NCBI GenBank assembly: GCA_964447495.1
Contig: CAYUTF010000079.1
Location: forward strand, 1-15,297
Length of the DNA: 15,297 bases
Source: an uncultured archaeon
GTDB taxonomy: Archaea; Asgardarchaeota; Lokiarchaeia; Sigyniarchaeales; SOKP01
Reading direction: 5' to 3'
Within the stretch, counting starts at the first letter, position 1, and the number at the start of each line of letters is the position of its first letter. Under the pieces are notes generated by a model. That model did not search any database. It was given only the letters and a program-made list of their open reading frames with translations, and was not told the DNA's origin. This document shows positions 7,132 through 14,316 of this stretch, piece after piece. Both the position numbers and the translations under genes were made by a program.

Positions 7132-8070
7132 GTGAAATTGACTATGGAACAAGCTTTTTTTGCAATTTTACTGAGTTTAATAGCGGGATTATCAACTACA
7201 ATTGGAAGCGTTATAGCACTTGTTATAAAAAAACAGAATCCTCGATTTATTTCATTTATTATGGGGTTCTCCGCAGGGGTAATGATCTTAGTAGCATTTG
7301 TTGAACTTTTACAACAAAGCATTAACTATAATGGACTCCTTGTAGGAAATCTATTTTTTCTCTTAGGATTAATATTAATGTTTCTTTTAGATATTCTGAT
7401 TTCTCATCACTACCAATTTGAAGACAAAGATTATGAGCAGATGGTATGCAAAGAAAAAGAACTTTATTCTAGTACTAATCCTAGTTCGAATCCCAATTCT
7501 AATCCGAATATTCAGCATAAACATAATGGACGGTTTATGAATCACCGAAATCGACATGGGCAACACCGCAGACAAAGACAAATGCGATTACAACAAAAAA
7601 TTCTTAAAAATAATAGTAGCCCAAGGTTATATAAAGCCTCTTTACTTGTTGCAGTGGGAATATTTCTGCATAATTTCCCTGAAGGGATGGCTACTTTTAT
7701 TGGAACCATAAAGGGAGTTGAACTTGGTGTATTATTAACTTTTGCAATTGCTCTGCATAACATTCCTGAAGGTATCGCTGTCTCTGTTCCTGTATATGCT
7801 TGTACTGGAAGCAAACGTAGGGCTTTTATGTGGTCCTTCTTGTCGGGAATAAGTGAACCGGTTGGTGCGATATTAACGTGGCTGATCTTAGCCCCCTTTA
7901 TAAACGAGTATCTATTAAATGCGATGCTAGCAATTGTAGGGGGATTAATGGTCTACATTTCGTTAGATGAATTACTACCGATCTCTAGATCATTAGCAAA
8001 GGAGCATTTCTCCATATTAGGAATAATTTCAGGGATGTTTGTTATGGCAGTAAGTTTAGCAATACTATAG
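7132..8070 (+). CDS. zupT: ZIP-family divalent metal transporter ZupT (GufA subfamily)
   Basis: SLIAGLSTTIG, GFSAGVM, TM4 IFLHNFPEG, TM5 AIALHNIPEGIAVSVP, SGISEPVGA, GLMVYISLDELLP. His/Arg-rich loop between TM3 and TM4. Start is GTG 7132 or ATG 7144. Confidence 0.95.
   Translation: MKLTMEQAFFAILLSLIAGLSTTIGSVIALVIKKQNPRFISFIMGFSAGVMILVAFVELLQQSINYNGLLVGNLFFLLGLILMFLLDILISHHYQFEDKDYEQMVCKEKELYSSTNPSSNPNSNPNIQHKHNGRFMNHRNRHGQHRRQRQMRLQQKILKNNSSPRLYKASLLVAVGIFLHNFPEGMATFIGTIKGVELGVLLTFAIALHNIPEGIAVSVPVYACTGSKRRAFMWSFLSGISEPVGAILTWLILAPFINEYLLNAMLAIVGGLMVYISLDELLPISRSLAKEHFSILGIISGMFVMAVSLAIL
7471..7506 (+). repeat. Degenerate 12-bp x3 in-frame tandem repeat encoding STNP-SSNP-NSNP
   Basis: agtactaatcct / agttcgaatccc / aattctaatccg inside the ZupT variable loop. 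Confidence 0.55.
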
Positions 8071-8087
8071 TTATTTTCTTTTTTATT
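8071..8087 (+). terminator. Oligo-T archaeal terminator after zupT
   Basis: ttattttcttttttatt directly follows the TAG stop, in the gap between convergent genes. Confidence 0.5.
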
Positions 8088-8098
8088 ACAAAGATTCC

Positions 8099-8959
8099 TT
8101 AAGACAATTTAAATATTCTTTTTGCATTGTCATAAAATAGTTTCTGATAGACTTTTCGGGGTAAGTTTAAATCGAATAATCCCTTTGTAGAATATTCATA
8201 TTCATAGGGAATATTTGGAAAATCTGACCCGAATAATATTCTATTTTGATAAGTTAATAAATCTTCCACGCGAGGACGTTTGGAAGGCCTTTCTGGAAAT
8301 ATATTATCAGGAATATATATCATTGCAGTATCCAGATAAAGATTTGGATATGAATCTAATAGTTTTAGAAACTTTTGATACTCAAACGCTCCCATATGGG
8401 CTACAATGATATGCATTTCGGGATATTTTTCTAAAAATCTTATAAAATTTTTGTATCCTACAAATTTATTTCTATATGGCGCAGTTCCGATATGAACAGT
8501 TAACCACTTTCCTCTATCGATTAAAATTTTGTAAATATCATCTAATCTTGAATCATCCAAATAAAAATTTTGAACTAAGGGTTGAATCTTGATGCCATAA
8601 TAACCATATTCATCTAATATTTTGGTTACATAGCTCACACGATTGTTATCTCCGGGCCATACACAACCAAAGGGAATAGCTTTTTTATATTCTTGTATAA
8701 ATTCAAAAACCCATTCATTGATATATTCTGATATATTTGCTTTATGAGCATAATTGTAAGTCGTAAAATATTCAACATTTTTATTCTGTAATACTTCTAC
8801 AAGTTTATCTATTGATAATTTATAATTAATTGGCCATCCTTTCACTTTATTTTCATTATCACGTAGTTCAAAATAATCCCAAATAGCGTGAAAGATACTT
8901 GGCGGAAAAAAGTGGGTGTGTGAGTCAATATATTTAAAATCATAATGGGAAAAAGTCAT
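8099..8959 (-). CDS. Metal-dependent amidohydrolase (Amidohydro_2, TIM barrel)
   Basis: IDSHTH (HxH), GIKIQP, VHIGTAP, IIVAHMG, LYLDTA, RILFGSDFP, YDNAKRIF. Start is probably ATG 8959 (MTFSHYDFKYID); ATG 9013 is the alternative. Confidence 0.9.
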   Translation of the reverse strand: MTFSHYDFKYIDSHTHFFPPSIFHAIWDYFELRDNENKVKGWPINYKLSIDKLVEVLQNKNVEYFTTYNYAHKANISEYINEWVFEFIQEYKKAIPFGCVWPGDNNRVSYVTKILDEYGYYGIKIQPLVQNFYLDDSRLDDIYKILIDRGKWLTVHIGTAPYRNKFVGYKNFIRFLEKYPEMHIIVAHMGAFEYQKFLKLLDSYPNLYLDTAMIYIPDNIFPERPSKRPRVEDLLTYQNRILFGSDFPNIPYEYEYSTKGLFDLNLPRKVYQKLFYDNAKRIFKLS

Positions 8960-9024
8960 TACTTTCAATAATTTGCTACTAAATTTAGATATTTTGAATA
9001 AAATATGTTGCATTCTGATTATTC

Positions 9025-10188
9025 TTATGAAAATAACGCTTTAATTTCAGAAAGTATATCTGCTGGAGTTCTTTCTAATGTTCCTTGAGCGGAGTAAGGG
9101 CTACCTCCTCCTTTTCCCCCATAGTGTTTAAGCAAATAATCCATAACTTCATTGGCTTTAATCTCCCTACTATTTGATATGATGATTATCTTGTTTCCCT
9201 TTTTTGTAATGATAAGCACGTATTCTTCTGGGAATTCTTTAAAGTGTTTTTGTAGAAATTTATAATCCAAATCAAGTTCTAAAATACTCACCTTGGTATT
9301 TTTTATGAGAAAATGCGGGTGATGCGCAATTTGCTGTAGTAGCATTTCAGCAAATTTTATATAATTCTGTTCTAATACCTCATTTTTTTCATGCTGCTTT
9401 TTCAAATGAGAAAACAGATCAGCTATTTGAATCCTTAATAGATTAGAATAAGATAATACGTCAACATTTAATTGTGAAATAAGTTTTATAGCTTTAGTTC
9501 CTACTACATATTTAATATCCGTCCCTTTCTTAAATTCATATAAAAAAATAGCTCCTATTTCTGTTGAGTTCTTGACGTGAGTACCTCCACAGCAGATTAA
9601 ATCATTATTTTTTACTTCTACTAATCGAATCAATTCATCATCAGGAGTTTTACCTCTTAATCTTTCAGAGTATTCTGCTAATTGACTTTTTGAAATAATA
9701 TGGGTTTCAAAAATATGATTTTTAACTGAACACATTTCATTTAAATCGTGTAATGCTTCTTTTAATTGAGCATCAGTAATTTCATTGGCAATTTGAAGCA
9801 TAACTTCTTCAAATAAAATATTCGCGTGAGCGGTATCAATATCAAACCTATTTTTAATAATTGCGGATAACAAATGCTGTGAAGAATGCGCCCTCATGAT
9901 TCCATATCGATATTCCCAATCAATATGACCCGTTATTACATCTCCCACTTCCAATTCATCAATATTATCTGAACTAATCTGATGATATATGTTGTCTTCC
10001 TCCTTTGAAACAAACTCTATTTTAAATGGTTTATCTCCTTTCTCAATAAAGCCCTTATCGCTTAATTGATTACCACCTTGTGGATAAAAAGCTGTTTTAT
10101 CTAAGACTATTTTATTCTCGTGTATAGCAACTATTTTTGCTTGAAATGTTTTTAGGTAAGGATCCTCCCAATATAAAAAATCAGTCAT
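9025..10188 (-). CDS. alaX: Alanyl-tRNA editing protein AlaX-L (N-terminal Gly-rich region, Zn editing domain, C-terminal DHHA1/C-Ala)
   Basis: LDKTAFYPQGGNQLSDKG, HSSQH (HxxxH), CGGTH (CxxxH), C-terminal GGKGGGSPYSAQG. No aminoacylation domain. Confidence 0.92.
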   Translation of the reverse strand: MTDFLYWEDPYLKTFQAKIVAIHENKIVLDKTAFYPQGGNQLSDKGFIEKGDKPFKIEFVSKEEDNIYHQISSDNIDELEVGDVITGHIDWEYRYGIMRAHSSQHLLSAIIKNRFDIDTAHANILFEEVMLQIANEITDAQLKEALHDLNEMCSVKNHIFETHIISKSQLAEYSERLRGKTPDDELIRLVEVKNNDLICCGGTHVKNSTEIGAIFLYEFKKGTDIKYVVGTKAIKLISQLNVDVLSYSNLLRIQIADLFSHLKKQHEKNEVLEQNYIKFAEMLLQQIAHHPHFLIKNTKVSILELDLDYKFLQKHFKEFPEEYVLIITKKGNKIIIISNSREIKANEVMDYLLKHYGGKGGGSPYSAQGTLERTPADILSEIKALFS

Positions 10189-10236
10189 TTTTTATTACTA
10201 ATTTTCTATTCATTAAAAATCTATTATGAATTGATG

Positions 10237-11214
10237 CTATAATTGGAGGGCAAAAAAATTTAGGCTTACAAAAAGGATAAAGATAAGCAATAGAACTAAC
10301 CCCTGACTTCTTTTAAGCAATTCTTTTCTAAAGAAAATTGAATAGCAAATAAAAATTAAAACTAGGATAAAGAGATTCCATATTAACATTGCATTAAAGG
10401 GTATACTCATAATTATAATGCTACTTATTCCATAAGTAATAGTAAGATTCCAGATTAGCTTTCCAATCATACCACCGATTCCTATTTCTATAACCTGCTT
10501 TTTAATCGATTTAACTATCAAAGTTAACTCTTCCACATTGGTCACAAACCCAACTACAATAAACCCAAAAAAAGTTTCTGAAATAGGAATGATCTCGAGT
10601 ATCCTTTCTGCGGAATATATTAATATTTCACCTCCAAAAAAGATTAATATAATCCCAGTTATAACAAATCCAATTTTTTTAAATTTAGAAACTTCTGGAG
10701 GTAATTCAACTTCATTTGCATCAACTTCTAACATTAAATTAATAGATTGGTCCTTTTCATGATTTTTACTCGAGTACTGCTTGATATTCCTTACAAAATA
10801 AATAATATAAAATAACAGTGCTATGATACCCGAAAAAACTAAAAATATATTCAAAATCAATCCAAGAAAGATAGTAGCTAATAAAATGAAAAGGAGAATG
10901 ATATAGAATGGTGAGAAAGAATGCATTTTAATTGGTCTGGCTAGCAATGCTATTGAAAAGGGCAAAGTCATCGCTATAATAGAATTTCCTATAATATTCC
11001 CCATGGAAATATAAGGTAACCCATTGAGAGCCGCGATTATCGACGCAATTGATTCCTCTGGATCAATTCCAAGAACTAGCATCCCGATAATTAAAGGAGA
11101 TAAGTTATAAATAAGACAAATTGCTTTTAAATTATCTAAAAATAAATCAGCAGCAAAGAAGATTATAATATACCCTCCAAGGAATAAAATAATCCAGAAA
11201 ATTAACTCCCACAT
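10237..11214 (-). CDS. Ca2+/cation antiporter (CaCA, YrbG/NCX_Mj-like) with divergent alpha repeats
   Basis: About 10 TM helices in two inverted halves; alpha-1 LGIDPEE...GNIIGN, alpha-2 FVTNVEE...GGMIGK. Likely start is ATG 11214 (the track uses TTG 11226). Confidence 0.85.
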   Translation of the reverse strand: MWELIFWIILFLGGYIIIFFAADLFLDNLKAICLIYNLSPLIIGMLVLGIDPEESIASIIAALNGLPYISMGNIIGNSIIAMTLPFSIALLARPIKMHSFSPFYIILLFILLATIFLGLILNIFLVFSGIIALLFYIIYFVRNIKQYSSKNHEKDQSINLMLEVDANEVELPPEVSKFKKIGFVITGIILIFFGGEILIYSAERILEIIPISETFFGFIVVGFVTNVEELTLIVKSIKKQVIEIGIGGMIGKLIWNLTITYGISSIIIMSIPFNAMLIWNLFILVLIFICYSIFFRKELLKRSQGLVLLLIFILFVSLNFFALQL

Positions 11215-11297
11215 ATTCAAAATCAAGTATATTAAATGATAATAACCTTTTAAATAGACTTACCATTCTAAAATTGTCTGGGTAAGGTATTAGTAAT

Positions 11298-11320
11298 AAA
11301 AGAGAAGGAAAAAAAGAAAG
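11298..11320 (-). terminator. Pyrimidine/oligo-T terminator after the RHH gene
   Basis: Minus strand reads ctttctttttttccttctctttt immediately after the TAA at 11325-11323. Confidence 0.6.
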
Positions 11321-11322
11321 GT

Positions 11323-11481
11323 TTATTCTTTTCTAAGTATGGTACTTAATTCCGTTTTAAGTAGATCTCGAATAGCGACCCTTATTACTTCTGATCGGTT
11401 TGGGTAAAGCTCCATATTAACTAATTCTTCTATTCCTTTAAGATAAGCCTCTGGTATATGACATGTTATAAGTTTTATCAA
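11323..11481 (-). CDS. Ribbon-helix-helix (CopG/Arc/MetJ) transcription factor, CdrS-like, 52 aa
   Basis: Manual translation: MIKLITCHIPEAYLKGIEELVNMELYPNRSEVIRVAIRDLLKTELSTILRKE. It has an alternating beta-ribbon followed by the YPNRSEVIRxAIRDLL signature. SD-like AAGGTGG at 11490-11484; start is TTG 11481 (GTG 11487 or ATA 11478 possible). Below the ORF-track size cutoff. Confidence 0.9.
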   Translation of the reverse strand: MIKLITCHIPEAYLKGIEELVNMELYPNRSEVIRVAIRDLLKTELSTILRKE

Positions 11482-11552
11482 AACCACCTTGATTAATATT
11501 AAACATTGATATTTTTATAAATTAGGAGCAAAAGCAAAATAATATAAGAATG

Positions 11553-11589
11553 TAATACTACGATAATACTCTCCAAATGGCTATTTAAA
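11553..11589 (-). promoter_or_regulatory. Candidate RHH-gene promoter with tandem operator
   Basis: Minus-strand TTTAAATA at 11589-11582. Direct repeat TAATACT (+ strand 11553-11559 and 11564-11570, 11-bp period) sits at the predicted start site. Confidence 0.4.
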
Positions 11590-11691
11590 GGCTAAGGTTC
11601 GATTCTAGTTTCACGAAATTAATAGCATATTTTTCTAATTTCTGTTTTTTAAATCATGATACTCAAATTCTAATATTTTAGAATAATAAAA

Positions 11692-11733
11692 TTTATATAC
11701 TTCGGTCACCGATATACTACTATAATCGATGTA
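11692..11733 (+). promoter_or_regulatory. PadR operon promoter and probable PadR operator
   Basis: TATA TTTATATA (11692-11699) after an A-rich BRE-like run. It overlaps the palindrome TACTTCGGT-c-ACCGATATA (11698-11716); an extra half-site ATCGATGTA lies at 11725-11733. Confidence 0.6.
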
Positions 11734-11750
11734 TTTTTCAAAAATTTAAG

Positions 11751-12377
11751 TTGAAAATTTTGGCTGAAAAAATTGCTAACAATTTTGAAAAAACCATGAA
11801 AAAGGGTTTTGTTAACATTTTTGTACTTTTAGCGTTAAATAAAGAGCCTACGCATGGATATCAAATAAAGAAGCTTATAGAGGAAAGATCATTTGGTTTT
11901 TGGTCGCCCTCAGATTCGACAATGTATACTGTTCTTAATAGTTTGCGAGAAAAGGGCCTGATAAGGCAAAGTGACATGCAGGATCCTGATGATTCAAGAA
12001 AAGTGTATGAACTCACCGAAAAAGGAAAAGAAACATTAGAATTAATGATACAACGCGAGAAAGAGATGCGAGAATCGTTGAGATCAATACTATTTTCTAC
12101 CACAGAAATTGATAGTGATTTTTTAGAAGAGTCTCTTCTTGAGTTTATTTTACGCGGCCCTAAAGGGGGCAAATTTCCAATGCACGGTCCTCCGATGAAA
12201 GAGCCGTTTATGGGACCATTTAGGGAGGAATTTTTTTCGGTGTTAAAAGAAAAGCCAAAAGAAGAACAATTAAAGCTCTTAAATATGGGAAAAAAGTTCA
12301 TAGTTGAGAGAATTCAAAACTTAAAACAAATTTTAGAAAACATCGATGAAAGTATTTCAGATTTAAAATCTGAATAA
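11751..12377 (+). CDS. PadR-family transcriptional regulator with extended C-terminus
   Basis: MKKGFVNIFVLLALNKEPTHGYQI, PSDSTMYTVLNSLREKGLI, RKVYELTEKGKE. C-terminal Gly/Pro/Met-rich insert plus coiled coil. TTG start. Confidence 0.93.
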   Translation: MKILAEKIANNFEKTMKKGFVNIFVLLALNKEPTHGYQIKKLIEERSFGFWSPSDSTMYTVLNSLREKGLIRQSDMQDPDDSRKVYELTEKGKETLELMIQREKEMRESLRSILFSTTEIDSDFLEESLLEFILRGPKGGKFPMHGPPMKEPFMGPFREEFFSVLKEKPKEEQLKLLNMGKKFIVERIQNLKQILENIDESISDLKSE

Positions 12378-12415
12378 AAATAAAATGAAAAATTTAACCA
12401 AAAAACGTAATTAAA

Positions 12416-13462
12416 ATGACAGAAACGGTAATAAAATTAGAAAACCTAACAAAAAAATTTGGAAACTTTATCGCAGTAGATAATATCAATCTCGAAGTAT
12501 GTCGGGGTGAAACTATCGGATTAGTTGGACCGAATGGTGCTGGAAAAACAACAACTATTAAAATGATCGCAAAAATTCTAAGACCCAATTCAGGTAAAAT
12601 ACTCATAAGAACCAATCACAGCGATTTAGAGGATCTAGAGCATGTATCAAGTACAATCAGTCAAATGGGATTTTTAATAGATATCCCGAATTTTTATAAT
12701 ATGACTGCTTATGATTTACTTAAATATTTTGCAAAAATCCAAAAATATCCGCGGGACAAAATTGATGCGAGAATTGATGAGCTCTTAGCTTTATTCAAAC
12801 TTTCTAGTTGGAAACATGAAAAAGTGAAAAACTTTTCTAAAGGAATGACTCAAAAACTTGGAATTATCCAAGCGATTATCCATGATCCTGAAATTATTAT
12901 ATTAGATGAACCACAGACGGGTTTAGATCCATTAGCGCGCATTGAAATTCGAAAATATATTCGAGAGCTTCAATCATTAGGAAAAACCATTTTCGTGGCA
13001 TCACATATGTTATATGAAATTTCAGAGGTTTGTGATAAGATTGCATTAATAAATTATGGTAAAATAATCGGATTTGACACCGTAGAGAATTTGGCTCGTA
13101 TCTTGAAGACGAGTATCCTAAATGCAAAGCTTCTTAATCCACTAAATCCTACAGAATTGGGACCATTATTAGATAAATTGACTAGTAGACTCAAGGCCTA
13201 TTTAGATCAAGAATTGGATCCAAAAATATCTCCGATACCAATAATTTACAGACCAGAAAAACAAGCACTAAGGTTGTTTTATGATGGAACTGCGAAATCA
13301 CAAGCAGAAATCTTGAAAATTCTGATAAAGGAATTTGAGTCAGATTTTACAATAACTTCATTTACTCAACCAAAAACGTCACAACTGGAAATGGTGTATG
13401 AGGAAATGGTAAAAGACAATCTCCCAGAGGGTAAAAAGCAAATTAATGGAGGTGCGAAGTAA
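12416..13462 (+). CDS. ABC-2 type exporter ATP-binding subunit
   Basis: Walker A GPNGAGKTT, signature FSKGMTQ, Walker B IIILDEP, H-loop ASH, C-terminal extension of about 120 aa. Confidence 0.96.
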   Translation: MTETVIKLENLTKKFGNFIAVDNINLEVCRGETIGLVGPNGAGKTTTIKMIAKILRPNSGKILIRTNHSDLEDLEHVSSTISQMGFLIDIPNFYNMTAYDLLKYFAKIQKYPRDKIDARIDELLALFKLSSWKHEKVKNFSKGMTQKLGIIQAIIHDPEIIILDEPQTGLDPLARIEIRKYIRELQSLGKTIFVASHMLYEISEVCDKIALINYGKIIGFDTVENLARILKTSILNAKLLNPLNPTELGPLLDKLTSRLKAYLDQELDPKISPIPIIYRPEKQALRLFYDGTAKSQAEILKILIKEFESDFTITSFTQPKTSQLEMVYEEMVKDNLPEGKKQINGGAK

Positions 13463-13463
13463 A

Positions 13464-14315
13464 ATGAGAGAAAATAGTGAGAAAGGAATCGGAATTATTC
13501 CTGTAATTGATACCGTCATATTTGAAATGAAAAAACAAAAAAAGAAGTTATATTTCTTTTTGGGGGTTGCAATTTTAGTGGCAATTTTAGTAGGCTACCT
13601 ACTTCAATTAATTCCAAGTTATCTTTTATCAGACACACAGGCAGGATTTTTTAATAGTGGATTAACGTTTATCTCATTTATAACTTTATTTGCGGCTTGT
13701 TTGTTTTTCTCGGGGATTATTTGTTCTGAATTTGATAAGCGAACAGGATTTATTGTCTTTCCAAAAATCAACAAATATAAACTGATATTAGGTAAATACT
13801 TAGGAAATTTGTTACTAGTTGTATTCATCATCACGGTCTATTACTTTATACTTGGAATTTTGGGAATATACTACTATGGAGGACCTATTACTATTCGCTT
13901 TTTTTACTCATATGGGTTTGCAGTATTATACGTTATAGCATTAAGTAGCTTTGTTACTTTATTTAGCTCATTTATGAAAAGTGAAACTGTTACCATCATT
14001 ATCAGCCTTATAATCTTACTTATTGGTTTAAATATCGCAGATCAGATCATCACACTTGTATTTAGAGACGCATTTGAGCCACTATATTCTTTATCATATC
14101 TAGGAAACATAATTACTTCGATTTTAGAATTTCCTTTTCCAGATCCTCGATATAGCGAATTTTCCTTCAGTGGAATGGGACCTTTTGGAGGTGGAAGTTT
14201 TATATTTGGCACCTGGGTAACCCCAAGCATTGAAATGGCAATCACCTTGTTATCAGTGTATATTATTGCTTGTTTTGTATTAGCAGCACTATTATTCAAA
14301 AGGAGGCAATTATAA
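13464..14315 (+). CDS. ABC-2 type exporter permease
   Basis: Six hydrophobic segments, SGIICSEFDKRTG...PKINKYKLILGKYLG, C-terminal LFKRRQL. ATG 13464 is preferred over 13446 because SD GGAGGTG (13448-13454) precedes it and it lies 1 nt after the ATPase stop. Confidence 0.92.
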   Translation: MRENSEKGIGIIPVIDTVIFEMKKQKKKLYFFLGVAILVAILVGYLLQLIPSYLLSDTQAGFFNSGLTFISFITLFAACLFFSGIICSEFDKRTGFIVFPKINKYKLILGKYLGNLLLVVFIITVYYFILGILGIYYYGGPITIRFFYSYGFAVLYVIALSSFVTLFSSFMKSETVTIIISLIILLIGLNIADQIITLVFRDAFEPLYSLSYLGNIITSILEFPFPDPRYSEFSFSGMGPFGGGSFIFGTWVTPSIEMAITLLSVYIIACFVLAALLFKRRQL

Positions 14316-14316
14316 A

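Noticed and set aside
2458-8409. Short track ORFs 2458-2676, 4148-4432, 6023-6238, 6536-6817, 7098-7322, 7387-7581, 7542-7814, 8215-8409
   Set aside because: All lie antisense to well-supported genes and have no recognisable motifs.
11323-11481. RHH gene as the antitoxin of a type II toxin-antitoxin pair
   Set aside because: No adjacent PIN/RelE-type toxin ORF; it is followed by a terminator-like tract and a transporter gene.
10538-14299. Short track ORFs 10538-10762, 11861-12301, 12394-12615, 12897-13127, 13619-13834, 14042-14299
   Set aside because: Antisense shadows of the CaCA, PadR and ABC genes; 12394-12615 is the typical reverse-frame translation of a Walker A region.
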